64,000 nucleotides of DNA from Haliotis rubra (Eukaryota), in NCBI RefSeq assembly GCF_003918875.1, contig NW_025767168.1:558001-622000 (forward strand), given 5' to 3'. Of this stretch, positions 14,791-28,204 are shown one piece after another; position 1 is the stretch's first letter, and the number at the start of each line of letters is the position of its first letter. The notes under the pieces are model-generated. The model saw only the letters and a program-made list of their open reading frames with translations. It was not told the origin of the DNA and did not search any database. Made by a program: the position numbers and the translations under genes.

Positions 14791-15934
14791 TGAATGTGCT
14801 GAACCACCCTCTCTGCTCCATGATATTTTAATCTGTAAAATATGAAAAGTGTATACTACTAAACTTTATCTGATAAAGTTTACTTTCATATTCGAAGGGA
14901 CTTTCATATGAAAACTATTTTACAATGAAAAATGTACATACTTTCTCTAAATATGGCACCCTGAGAGCCGATAATTTATCTAAGACAACAATTTGTAATC
15001 AATTAATTATTTGGTTAACACCTGGGAAATTTAGGGATTATCTGGATATGGATGTTACGGCTTTAACAGTATCATTCGAACGTCAGCTTCAGATCAGTGA
15101 CAGACAAGTGGTAGCAAACATACTGACCTTTGCAAAACCATTTCAAATGTTTTTATTCGGACACACCTTTTTATCTGCTTCCTATCACGCATAAGAGATT
15201 AAGTAAAAAACTACAGTTTTCAGATGAATTCAGTTGCATTATTGCTACAATGTGGTTGCATATACAATTAAATGTTTAGATGAGGGGGTTAGCTGTATGG
15301 ATGAATCAATGCAGGTGACTTTAAGGTTACCTACCAACTCATTCAGTTTAATACCACGAAATGTCAGTTCAAAAGGTCAACGCTTGTGAACAACAACATA
15401 TTAAATTTGGGCCTGCACTACTATACCCAGTATCCGTTTTTACAGACCTGAAATAAAATATGTTTCCAGACTTTCAGAATTTTACCCAAGAGAATAGATG
15501 TGCGTTCGGTTTCAAATATTACTACCGATAGCTTAAGCGACATTGACATCAAAGAGCACTATGTCCCAACGTACATATCAGTTGTGCCGACTTCAAAGAC
15601 AAACGTGTCCCATGCCATTACATAAGAGAAACACGACAACATGTTAACTGTAACCGGGTGAAACAATTAGTGAAGAGACAGAAATAACTTACTACTCCAC
15701 GCAGGTCTACCTACACCAGGGCGTGGACTGCCCTCTGTGATACAATTGGGCTATTTTATATAAATTATCTGTTGCAGCACACCACTGCATACTGACGTCA
15801 GTTTTGAATAGTGTATATCCCTCAAACGAGTGACCGCTGAAAACATCAAACGTTTCACAACAATAATATTTATGGATATTCCACATTAGTTCAACATTAA
15901 CACATCACCATGTAGAACGATGACCATAGAACGA

Positions 15935-16090
15935 TGACTGACTGACTGAGTTTGGTTTTACGCCGCTTTTAGCAATATTCCAGCAATATCAAGGCGGGGG
16001 ACACCAGAAATGGGCTTCACTCATTGTACCCATGTGGGGATTCGAACCCGAGTCTTCGGCGTGACGAGCCAACGCTTTAACCACTAGACT
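15935..16090 (-). mobile_element. SINE family A, young
   Basis: Near-identical to the other young copies; (GACT)n tail on the + strand. Confidence 0.9.
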
Positions 16091-16599
16091 CTAGAACAGG
16101 GACACCTTGCATGGTTTCAGGAGGGGCAACTGTCACCCGTCTACAAATACGTTTATAGTGGAATAGAAACACAGGCGCACATACACACGAGGACACATTT
16201 GTAAACTCGTTTAATACAGAAAAATGAAAAAGTTCAGAAGATGTTCTTATCAACTAACGCTATTGCAACAAGTAATGGAAGTAATATTAGCACTTCAAAC
16301 TATGCACCTCATCAAATGTATTGCATCATATAATTTGCACATCAGAAAGGAGGTGGCTATTGAGGAGCAGGAAGGAAAACCAAAAGGTATGAAAGGTGTT
16401 ACTGAACAAATAACAAAATGTTCATGTTCTCAGAAAAAGAAACTTCCAACTTCAGGAACTGTAATAAAGAATACATGTTGACATGATAAGTATTGTTGTT
16501 CTCAGTAACAGAGCCACGCTGAAATGTCTTAGTAACTTTATACGCATGTCATGGATAGAGTATATCAACAGCTTCTGTCAATAATTGGAGTAACCTCCC

Positions 16600-17450
16600 T
16601 TTAAACGGTTAACATTAGAAAGTCAACTCCTCATCCTCAAGATCCGGCGCCTTAACCTAAACCGGGGAATCGGTTGCCATTCCTCATGCAATATCTCAGT
16701 AGGATCGTGGAGATTCTGTGGTGGAGGATCACGTACTGTACGTCCCAGCTGTACGTCCTATCTAATCCTATTAGTGATCTAGTGGGTTTAGGTCGGGCAG
16801 GCCAAGGTAATGTCTCTATGGCATTGTTCTACCTACCACAGCTAGTGTTCTTTTGGGTCGAGCGTGTCGTCCATGAACACTGATGCAAACAGTGGATGAT
16901 TATCTAATTGGGGCAGAATATTACCGTCCAACAGTGTATCCTGGTACTTTTGTCCATCAAATGTACCCCTAAACTGTCTCAAAGTAGACCTTACAGTCAT
17001 AGGAAAAGCAGCCACATACCATGACAGAATGTCACCAAATGACACAGTTTCCTGTGTGATGCGCTGCACTCTTGTCCTGCAAGGCACTGGTCCTACCATC
17101 AGTACAGAGCACGTCTCGTCAGACATAGACATCTGATTGATTTTCAAGCCCTTTATCCTAATACGTTGGGTCGACGTCTGAATGGACACTCTACCGAGGG
17201 TTGATGACGAAGGACAGTGCATGCTGAAGTTGCCAGACATCATGCCTGGCGAAGAAGGACTCTATGTTCTCTGGCACTGGTCTTTCGTGAACGTCCTGAT
17301 CTTGGCTGATCCTTTAACTGTTCAGTTATGTTGTGTGCGAATGCTGAATACTGTGTTATTAACGTTAAACACTAATCCAATAACCCTACGTGACATGCCA
17401 GTACGGTGCTTGCCAATGATCCATCATCTTTGATTTTCATGTATAAGACG
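16600..17450 (-). pseudogene. Degenerate Tc1-like transposase
   Basis: QETVSFG...GTFDGQKYQDTLL...LPQLDNHPL...VFMDD; HTH-like N-terminal remnant. Confidence 0.75.
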
Positions 17451-18929
17451 CTGATTCGTTTCACTTCTACAGTTTACAAAGTAAGATTCCACATCGGTGA
17501 CACATTCAATGAAAATCAATGGCAGTAAAGTTACCAAAACCAGGTATGATCAAGCTTGCACAGTGAGACCCTTGAGCTGTACATACGGATCATGTGAACG
17601 CGCGTTCAAGGTGTACCGGTTGCCTACCATTCAGCATGCAGCTTGGGTGGCACTACACAGGCGCCCTATGGACAACTATACGTGCCACGTCGTTTCTTTA
17701 TAACACTTTATAAATTTGGCGATGCAACTCGGTGTATATAAATGGCTCATTTCGACTTCGAAGTACCTTCATGGACTGATTAAACATTTCCTGTTTGCAG
17801 TGAATTCTCTATGTTTGAGGACCAAGCTCAATTCGCATTAGCTGTAAAACATATAAACACATATGTAAGATGTCGGGTAATGGACCCTTTGTACACTGTC
17901 ATGACTTACCATAAACAGTAATGTAAATGAGAAGAAAGACATCAATCTCGATTATCTGACGAAACTGATTCTACTAGGGGTAAAAGACACAAATGAAGGA
18001 ATCAATGAAAATTAGTGATGACAGTAAGTAAAAGGGACACAATATGATGCTTACCATGATAATGCCACTCACTTTCTCCTCTGGATATTTGGGCCTCATG
18101 TGCAATGAAGCCTGTTCAACCACAATGCCTTAACTATCGATGCAACCTCTTACAAATGTAATTATTTGGACTATACATGTAAATAGTTTATTTACTTAAC
18201 ACACTAAATACGTCTAACCAAAAGAAACATTTTCTTCCATTGAAAGGGAAAATAAGAAGTCATGGAATTCTTATTCTGAATTGATCGAAATCCGTTGTTC
18301 TCAAAAGAATTTGGAGAAGTTTTCTTAAATCTGGTAATTCAGTGTCTGCGTTGTCTATGAAACATCATTGCACAAATCCACCTACTCCGCACAGCCGCGA
18401 TGAGTGATGAAAAGAAACTTAATACTATTTCCCTGGCGACATTCTTGTTTCCAAAACACTTGCGACAGCTCATAAATCAGACGATGCTAACATTTGTCGC
18501 ATGCAACGACATAAGCAGTACCCGTCATGATGAATACTGTGTTTCAGTCAAGCTTCGTGAACAGCCTCTTACCAATTGGGATTACAAATTTAAGATCATT
18601 TTGGATGCTGTCGAAACACAAGCACATCGGCTAAAAGAGAAAGTGACCTAACAGAATGTCATTTTGAGTGGGTTATGTCAGTGCGTGATGTTGTCATTGG
18701 CAGAATGCACAAACTCAAAAAGAGGAAACAGGATTGGCATAAGCCCATTCTGTAACAGGAAGCTGTCTGGCTTCTCTGCAAGATACATTTGTAGTTGTTC
18801 CACTGACAACGCCTCAAACAAAAAAATAACAGTTAGTATTATATGTAAACATCTCTACATACATTGTTTGATCACATTCTTTAAGTGACATATCAAACAA
18901 TGCCACAGATAATTCAGTATCTTAACAGG

Positions 18930-19330
18930 GGACGAAATGTGCCAAAACCACTCATCGGAAGTACATACTCTTGGCTTGACTCATAAACCTGAAGGTTTGT
19001 CCATGCTTCTTATGTGCCAGATTCCAAAGCTCCATAAGAATAGGTACAAGGCGAGATATTGTGCTGGGTCCAGCAAATGTACAGCCAAGTCCCTGTCCTA
19101 AACATTAGCCATAATTTTAGCTATCAAGACAAGCCTTTCTAAACATTCCCAAAAAGTATTTGAAACAAGCGGTTTTTCAAAAACTCAAAAGATTTGCTTG
19201 ATCGTTTACAATCTCACAAACTGACTGAGTTCAGTTCTGTCACAACTTTTGATTTTTGTATACAACTACACCAACGTTGTACATACACGACACATTTCAG
19301 GTCCAATAAACGTGGTGAACGAAGACATTC
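18930..19330 (+). mobile_element. Penelope-like element reverse transcriptase fragment (degenerate)
   Basis: IPKLHKNRYKARYCAGSSKCTAKSLS...KNSKDLLDRL...SVTTFDF resembles PLE RT (PKLHK..., FDFstLYT); a Naiad-like clade assignment is an unverified inference. Confidence 0.78.
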
Positions 19331-19436
19331 TGTCATATCTGTCTTCAGAGGTTCAAGACAATATATCAAAAAATGCAAATGTCATTTGAAGTTGAGAAAT
19401 AATCGGTTTGATGTGCAAGTAGTTCTGGCCAGAAGC

Positions 19437-19617
19437 GGGACGGTTGGGTAGCCTGGTGGTAAAAGTGTCGCCCGTCACGCCGGAGATCCGAGCTCGATTC
19501 CTCACATGTGTACTATGTGTGAAGCCAATTTCTGGTGTCCCCCGCTGTGATATTGCTTGAATATTGCCAAAAGCGGTGTAAAACCATACTCACTCACTCA
19601 CTCACTCACCCACTCAC
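19437..19617 (+). mobile_element. SINE family A
   Basis: Full length, (ACTC)n tail; TSD tctg(g/a)ccagaagc (19424-19436 / 19618-19630). Confidence 0.88.
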
Positions 19618-21418
19618 TCTGACCAGAAGCAGACAGTGCAGGTTGTATGATGCAGAGATGTCTATCTGAACCTGGGCTCAGGACAACATGGTCATTAAAT
19701 CAGTTTAACACAGCGCCACGAACCATGGTGTAACTATTAGTATTATTGCATCCTTTCATTACTTTGACTTAAAAATGTTTCACTCTATCTACAGTACAAA
19801 CTACGTGTTGTGCTAACACACAGAAACATTGAACATCCGTTCCTTCAATTTTGTAATCTATGCAGATGGAGTATATGTTCTTAACACAGGCGTCACTTCG
19901 ACAATGCCAAAAGAACTTGGATTCAAGAAGAAGTAGGCGTGGAAATGGTTCTAAAGCAGTAGCTGCAAGAAGTTTTAGTGATCTATTCATATAACTCTCA
20001 CCACTATTTTGCGTTTACGTCCAATTTGATTTGTTTCGGCACATAATCGATGCTGATTATTGTCTTCCGTCGACAGTTTGTATTCTCTACAGATCCCTGC
20101 GTCTATTACTGTCACATACTATATTTTGTGGAACAAGCCAAATTTATGTGTTTTTATTATAGCTACACTAGGCATACGCAACATGAACTTGCCTCGACGC
20201 CATGGTTCATTTTTAAGTGACACACTACCAGAAGAAACTTACCGCATGAATTTATTTTCTTTAAACGTGCGTCAGTGCATACATTTTTTGTTTGTTGATG
20301 CTCAGATAATGTATGTCAAAGCACTCATGTCGTTTGAATTGGATTGCTAACAACACAACCAACGTTATGTTTATGGTGCAGTAGAGTTTAACCAAACTAA
20401 CATATAAGCACATCTTCTGTTTTGTCGACAAACAACCACAGACCTGAATTATGCTTGTTATCTGAGGATATATCCAGTGGGTAAATTGGAACGTTCTTAG
20501 GGCTTCTGTTTATAAGTTATTGGTTGCTGTTTTTAATACAGAAACTATTGTGTATTGCCATTCCACTGTCAGCTGTTATACATTTCCAACACAACCAGAG
20601 ACCAGTATTAAACTACAGATTAATTAGTACATGTGGCAACGACAATGCTGCCTGGGACGTCAGTGTAACAGTTATAAATTGCTGGTTTTAAAATATAAAT
20701 ATTCTTGTGAGTATAGAATTAATTTATGAAATGAGCATAACATATTTTGACCGCAGTGGGAAAGTAGTCTTTGGAAAAACTTTCTGTATATTTTGTAGTG
20801 TGACATTCAAGTATTGTTCTGTCTCCTGTTTACAGTATATATGTAGCAAAAAGACAAGTTACTTATAACTTACATGGACCTACCTATAACGATGGCGTTG
20901 GAATGAAATTTGAGGAAACAATTTTAAGACACATCGTGGGTGTGATGATGATATAGCAGTTTATGAGAATTGAGGTGCGCCTAAAAAAATGGTAGTATGT
21001 ATAATTGATGCTTTAATGTGTAAAGATATTGCCCTAAACTGTACCTCGTGAGTGGTTTACAATCCGTTATTCAATTTAAATGTTTTAAGAGCCAACAACA
21101 GAAAAAAACAGTTCCTTTAAACACGATTTCTTAAATGATGAAACACAAACCAGAGTATTTCGGTATCTTTTTTCATGAAGAGCAAGTTTTTGCTTGTAGG
21201 AAATCTGAGAACCAGAAAACATATTTTATGCCGTGCCGGAGTTCTTCTCACAAGCGTGTCGATTTAAAGTCCCATTGTCTTCTTTTCTAACGCCATTTCT
21301 GATCATATTCCTCAAACATATCCCTTTGTCTTGTATATTTGTTGAAATGTTGTGAACAATGAATTTGATATATTCAACTTAAACTTGTGCAATCCCTTTC
21401 TTACATTACTGCTGTGTG

Positions 21419-21729
21419 AGTGAGTGAGTGAATGAGTTAAAATTTATCGTCACATCGGCAATATTTCAGCCATATCGTGACGAGAACAATTAATTGTTAT
21501 ACATAGTAATGAATGGTAAATTATAAAAACCTGTCAACGAAGGACAGTAAAATAACTAGATTATCACAGATATGAATTTAAAACTAGTAATTAAATCGAA
21601 AACAGTTTAACTATATGACAATACAATATAAAAACAGGCTATTGATTGCCAACAACTGAAGGTAGATCACAATGCTAGGGACCATGGGGACTTACAGTAC
21701 ATTTGCTTCCTGCATGGGCCCTAGCTGGA
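21419..21729 (-). mobile_element. 3' end of the same LINE
   Basis: Reverse complement of about 37975-38275; TSD tactg(c/t)tgtgtg (21407-21418 / 21730-21741). Confidence 0.88.
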
Positions 21730-21894
21730 TACTGTTGTGTGCATATATTGGGTCAACAATAAATGTTTGGATCAAAACGTCAAACTTATTATGAAACGAC
21801 GGCAAGAAGGCGTCGCTATATAATTAAGAAACAGAAAAAGGAGCAATATGGTAGAAGAAAACGATACACGTTTAAACAATATCTGCAAATCATT

Positions 21895-22010
21895 CTGAAA
21901 CGATGCTCATGCTGTCAATCACTGGATTGTCTGTCCAGTCTCGAACATTTACAGTCCGCCGCCCAATAGCTGGCATATAGCTGAATACGACGTTTAACAA
22001 TAAACAAGCA
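21895..22010 (+). mobile_element. SINE family B, 3' half
   Basis: cgatgctcatgctgtcaatcactggattgtctg...cgccgcccaatagctggc. Confidence 0.75.
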
Positions 22011-22092
22011 AATATTATTAAACGTGTTTGCAAACAGCTGTCCAATCAACAGATTATCAGTTACTGACGCAGTAGCATCTCTATTCATACTA

Positions 22093-22262
22093 GGGGCGGT
22101 GGAGTAGCCTAGTGGTTAAAGCGTTGGCTCGTCACGCCGAAGACCCGGAACCGGTTCCCCAAATGGGCACAATGTGTTAAGCCCATTTCTGGTGTCCCCC
22201 GCCGTGATATTGCTGGAATATTGCTAACAGCGGCGTAAAACTAAACTCAGTCAGTCAGTCAG
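22093..22262 (+). mobile_element. SINE family A, young
   Basis: 13-bp perfect TSD tctattcatacta (22080-22092 / 22263-22275). Confidence 0.92.
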
Positions 22263-23768
22263 TCTATTCATACTAAAACACTGCTCAATTAATCACTATT
22301 TCAGAAAATTTCATACGCTTTCATACATACAATTCATTGTTCCAAGAAATACACATTTCAGGTGAAGTGTGCATCATGTTAAACAGCTGGAGATGTACGC
22401 TTACCCCTAAACATGCTATTGCATAGCTTCAACTGGTAAGTATTCACAAATGAATTCATTTCATACTGTGCGTAACACGTTTCCAAATGTTTTATCAACT
22501 GTTTTTAAGTAACTATGTTTGTTTCCACGTTTCCAGCCACGCAGCGCTTTAATGATGTGGTACATGTGGTACCGAAGGAAGATGGACTGACCTTAACCCC
22601 CTGTTGACATTTCTATTTGAGATCATTGCATGCTATAGAACACATAACTGCAACTAGTGATTTCTTTATCATGATTTGGTGGAAGCATATAACAAATTTC
22701 TGTAATTTAACGTCAGTGGAGGTTAATATTACAAGTATATTTGTCGGTGTCCTTCGGTGAACAAGAACACATTTTAACTGCTTCGGAGCTTGCAGCTATT
22801 GACGCAAAAATTGAAAGCCATATATTACAAAGTTTGTATGCGTTGGAAGTTAGCATCATTATATTAGGTTCCAGTGAATCATATAGAAAGGACAACAAAG
22901 TGTGGCATTCGGAACACATTTGGACTTTCAAATCGTGACTTTATCCTTTTATTCTCAAATTTCAAAACTGAGTTCGAGTTGGGTAAATGACAAGCTGCGT
23001 GTATTAAACACGACTGTCAGCCTTTGTGCTGATATAATGCTCTTCACAACATGTTCTTGAATCTCAAATGTCCCATAATGCACGCACTGAGATTACCATA
23101 AGGATTTGTGGGTTTTCCTTGAGTGCATATTCAAACCAATTCCAAGTCGGTTATATTGCAAGTGTTTTCGACATGTCATGGTGTACTTGAAGCATCAACC
23201 TGTTAAAACATCATAAGTAATAAATTCATGAACACCCCATATAATGGCTTCTGTTTGAGATGCTATTTCAAAAATATACATTCAACAGCTGGGGCATCAT
23301 ACAGAAGTGTTGTGCATATATATTTGTTATTTTTCAAATCAAATAAGAAACCTAAATATCTCAGGAACAGAAATAAGTAATGAAATCCAATTTCGAATAT
23401 TTGTGAGATAAAATGAACGAGTTTGATAGAAGCAGGTTCTTTGCACATGTATCGATCTACTGATTGGCAGTCAGTAACCTGCACTATTCAATACTACAGA
23501 GACTTAAGAAGTGTTAACATGTTATGAATACGGTGATGGAGAACTGGGGTGATTAATGTGAGACATGGTAATTATCGATCATTTTCGTATACATCGACGT
23601 CGCATATAAGAATATTCACCTTTTATTGAAGCCCCCCTCAAAATTCAGTGCACTTGCGAATAATCAACTACCAAACGGTGAATCATACAATTCTTAAATA
23701 GAAGGGCTTATGCACAATTTACAACTTCCATTACAGGTGACACATCATGTCTATATTGCACGAGTATA

Positions 23769-24672
23769 CGTGGGTCGATCAAAAGTACGTAGACTAACTG
23801 TATTCTCGATGCCCAATGTTTGAAAAGTTTCCATTTTGTTTTGAAGGAATCTTTAGCAAAGTCAAATCCAAAATTTCACACATGTGGGTAATGTGGTTAA
23901 CGAGATATTAGTCATCACAACACATTGGGGTATAATATTTCTAACAAAACTGAAGAAAATGAAAACGATCTGTCATTTGGTACCTCTTGGATAATGGTAT
24001 GCCCTCAGAGTATATCATATAAAATATGTTCAGTATAGTATTGAATGACTTCCCGTCATAATCAACAGTCAAAGATTTTAATTGCTTAACTTATATTTAG
24101 TCGAGGGCTGTTTTTAAGGACACCCCCATTTCAATCTTCCTAAAACATTACGTCCAGATATTCAAGCTGGTACTGTTTACAACATATTGTGAGCTGACAC
24201 TTGTGTGACCATTCAGTGTTTCGTTTGAACCCTTGGCATCATGTATGAATAAGTGAAAACATTAGAATAAGTTATGTCCTTATGGTTACGTCATCTGAAA
24301 GGGGATGGGTAGTGTCTCCAAAACAAGCTCTTTCGGTCAACATGAAGGGGGGAGTCACTTTAACAAGCGATTGTCATTTCAAATTGCTTTTTTATGAACT
24401 TTGATAGAATCACACTTAGATATTAATCTCAAACACACAAACTATTTCTTGCATATTTTGTTTCCTGAAGTTTTTGAGGCATTTATTGTAGATTTTGCGG
24501 GTTTTTTAGGGTACCAAGATAAAGGTCAAACAAAATGGGGATCGTGAGACTGGAACTTAACAAAACCAAATTGCTTGAGCTTGACAGATACTATGTAGAA
24601 AAATAAAACATAAAAATAACTGCATTTGTATCGTTTTCTTGGTGACTCTACATACTTTTTGATCGCCCCTCG
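23769..24672. mobile_element. Non-autonomous mariner-type element (~900 bp)
   Basis: TIR cg(t/a)ggg(t/g)cgatcaaaa(a)gta(c/t)gtaga with TA TSD; the paralogous empty site is at about 8828-8862. Confidence 0.8.
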
Positions 24673-24834
24673 TATATGTAACTATCAACCAGGACGTAAA
24701 TATTGACATAAGTGGAAGAACACGATACTTTTAGGTATCGCTAGGTTACTGTTAATGCTACCTTTGTAATATCCTACATCCAAAGTGGGTACACGTGTAT
24801 GATGATATTGTCTTTGTTTGCGTCTTTGTTGTTG

Positions 24835-25040
24835 TTTTTTCAGTTAATGCTGCACTCAGCAATATACCAACTATATCACATGTAATTTATCGAGTGTGGA
24901 CCACTGGTGATTGACTTCGATCTGCGCAGTTGGGATATAATGTCTTACATCAACCTAGTCAGTGAGCCTAACCACCTGATCCCGTTAGTCGCGAGAAGAA
25001 TGTGTCGCTGGAGACCAATTTCACTCGGATCTTCACAGGT
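24835..25040 (-). mobile_element. SINE family B, diverged
   Basis: gatcccgttagtcgc...ggatcttcacagg. Confidence 0.75.
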
Positions 25041-25408
25041 CCGTATTGTCTTTGATGGTCTTTGTCGAAAACAGATGATCCTGGGCGTTGAATTCCCCTT
25101 GTTATAAAAAACGCTGTTAGACAGTAGAACGATCGGTGACTGCCAAACGATGATAAACTCCTTTGGTGTAATTGCTTGCATATTATGTTTAACATAATCC
25201 TTTCCAAATCCACACACTTCTTCCAACGGTGCTGGAAAGCCTTGATCCCACTGGTACAGAAGATTTCACCCTGGCGTTGTAAAAAGACCCTTTCAACGGA
25301 AATGACGCTGTACCCGGACCAGTTATGGGAATGTAGGTAATTATCCTGTACCCACTATCAGGTAACGGTATGCTTGTCAATCGTGTATGTTCATACTAAG
25401 ATATTCCT

Positions 25409-25676
25409 ATGAAATACACAATGCCATTTTAGAAAGTGGTCAAATGTAACGTATGTTGTATTTGGGATTACACTTTCTTAGTAAAGTACAGATTCTAGTA
25501 CTTTTGGGGTTGAGTCCCATCCGGGATTCGAACCCACACCCTCAGAGTCAGGCACCTAATCGCCAGCACACAAAGTCAGACGCCTAGACCGCTCAGCCAC
25601 CGCGGCGTCCACGCGGCTTGTATACTAGAATCTGTACTTTACTAAGAAAGTGTCATCCCAAATATAACATACGTTA
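25409..25676 (-). mobile_element. SINE family D (tRNA-Leu-like head) with an inverted duplication of its body
   Basis: Head ggtggctgagcggtctaggcg...gtgtgggttcgaatccc; inverted repeat 25447-25500 / 25623-25676; 12-bp TSD taagatattcct (25397-25408 / 25677-25688). Confidence 0.88.
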
Positions 25677-27399
25677 TAAGATATTCCTGTTACAATAACA
25701 GATGAGATACCGAACAAACTGCATTGACCAACTGCCTGTTTCAACATGTAGTTATTAGAACTGGTATATCAGGTAAACCACGATGTCACATTGAAAAACT
25801 GCATAAACTGCCATTTGCTAAATAATAATTGTACTGGTCGGAAATCAATCACTGCTTCAACTAATTCCACTGGACATAATGTTTTAAAGATTTTATTTAT
25901 GTTCCAGATGTGACGTACTTTTCATCTGGATGTTTCATTTCTTGTACTCTATTTGTGTTCTGTAAACACTTGCTCAAAAGGTCTCTGCTTTTGTACTGTA
26001 CTGAATTCCTCCACCATGTCAAAACGTTGCTAAATTTACAGTCAATATAACAAAACGTCATATTAGTTTCATTTTAATCAGTCTGTGAGGTTTCCACTGT
26101 ACCCTCGGGGTCGGTCGCATCTCATTTGAGAATAAAAGCAACCTATCCTATTGACAAAAGTAAAATAAAATCTCTAATCCGAATGGTAATCAAAACGCTT
26201 TTTACCGCAAATCACAAAATATGTCCGCATATGGCATATCATTTCATCTCAGTAATGACATCGCTTCGTCCAGACTGACCTTTCAACGGAGCTAAAAGGA
26301 ATGGACAGTGACGCATTAGAGAAGTAAAGGGACATTATTGATACTCACTGTAGTGGAAGATGAAAACTGGTTCAACCACGTTGCTGGCGTAACCTTTTTT
26401 GCTCGTTTCACTCGAACCTGGGTTACATTTGGTTCGTTGTACCTCAGTCGAATGTTGCGATCTAAACAATTGGTCATTATTTCTTTCTCTTTTGTGCTAC
26501 TTTCTTCAAAGCAAAGTAGAAAATACAATGCCTTAACTCAGTGTGACGCCAGCCGACGCTAGTTGATTATCTCGCTAGGAAATGGATCATGGTTTTTCTA
26601 TTCCCAATGTTAAATCGGAGCCCTTACTTTCAAACATTGTTAAGAATAGGTTGAAATTCATCTGAGCTTCAGTTTAACCTCTATTTACGTATGGAATACT
26701 CAGAATAGCCCCTTTCATTTTCTGAGAACAATGGTCATGACAGAGAGATCTTAAGAAATCTGAAAACTAATTATTGATCATGATGGATGCTTCGGTTGAG
26801 GTAATTATAGTTATTTGTTGAGATGATATATAAACACGCCACAAATCTGGCATTATCAGAATGGCACCATATTCATTTGGAATAATGTTTTTTGGCACAA
26901 CGTCAGAATTGCACATCCAAGTTAGTCATGAGTTGAACAGCAATTTTACAGATGACAAAACTAATTTTTGAACTGGATATTGACTCAAATAGAAATGTCT
27001 GGTGTTTTCATTTTAAAAACATGTATGGGGCTTGTGAAACCAACTCATCTGTTTCATAAATCTCGAAATGTGTACAGATTCAAAGTGACAAACGTCTTCA
27101 ACAGATTGTTTGACACAGGGAATAATTTCCATTTTCTTATTTCAGCAGCCTTCTCTTTGTCTCTAATGGGCAACTTGTGGGCGATGGCTACTAATTATGA
27201 CCCGGTCCTGGCATACATGGACTAATGAGTGATTCTGGATAGTCAAATGGAGAGGTTTTACTTCAGTTGTCTGAATTTGTAAAAGACATGTATTTATTAC
27301 GTTAATGTATATGTTAAAGGTAACCTTTTCCGATCACCTTAACCCCCTTTGCTGCACTTATATATCTGTAAAGCCCATTTATACATTCCAATAATAGAG

Positions 27400-27700
27400 T
27401 TATTATTAATTTTCTTTAATATGATAATTGAATAGCTGAGGCTGTTCAACAAATTGAAAGTGGATGTCCTTCCTTGGCACAGCCCCTCTTGAATGGCACG
27501 GTGACATGGCTCGGTGATTGTTTTAACGTCTTCGCTAGGCCTATGGTTTTGGCACCAAGACTCACCCACGGCACGAACCCTGAGCACGTCCAGAGTGTCA
27601 GGTAAAATTATGTTTCTGAACTTCTTTGGAAAAGATTACATACGTCTTAAAAGAATCCCTGCTAACAAACCTGTTGTTGTATTTTTTCATAATGTCAATG
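27400..27700 (-). mobile_element. Decayed CR1/L2-type LINE endonuclease N-terminus
   Basis: SKKFRNIILPDTLDVLRVRAVGESW resembles the APE motif leading to (S/G)E(T/S)W. Confidence 0.4.
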
Positions 27701-27855
27701 AAATTGTTTATGTTATTGAATTTTCTCTCCCTTTTGACAGCAGGGTGATTTGGCAGCAAGATTCGGAAAAAGAATGATAGATATGCGACCCTCGTTTGTG
27801 ATTCCCTGTACACTACCGTCAGGCTCCCCGTTGTTCTCGATGCCCTTGATTTGGT

Positions 27856-28051
27856 TCTCTCTCTCTTGATGCTCTCTCTCTCTCTCTCTCTCTCTCTCAG
27901 CTCTTCTCACTCTCTCTCTGCTCTCTCTGCAGTCTTGAGGAGTCAGCACATTCTCTCTCTTGTTGGTGGGATGGACTAGAGCTTCTCTCTCTCTCTCTCT
28001 CTCTCTCTCTACCTAAGTGGATACTGAGCTCACTCTCTCTCTCTCTCTCTC
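27856..28051. repeat. Interrupted (TC)n microsatellite
   Basis: Several (CT)n runs. Confidence 0.9.
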
Positions 28052-28140
28052 GTGTTTGTATTTTACTATCATCTGTAACAAATGATATTGCTTACAATCT
28101 ATGATCTAATCTAATCACCACAACTGTATCTGATAAAAGT

Positions 28141-28204
28141 CCCCGCCGTGATATTGTTGGAATATTGCTAAAGTGGCGTAAAACTAAAATCACTCACTCA
28201 CTCA
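28141..28204 (+). mobile_element. SINE family A, 3' tail only
   Basis: TSD ctgataaaagt (28130-28140 / 28205-28215); the paralogous empty site is near 14870. Confidence 0.85.

Larger units (their letters stand above)
2180..15050. repeat. Copy 1 of an old, diverged duplicated segment
   Basis: Collinear blocks match 18130-28350 (e.g. 2235/18172, 6428/21141, 7670/22960, 12378/26347, 14870/28205). Confidence 0.8.
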
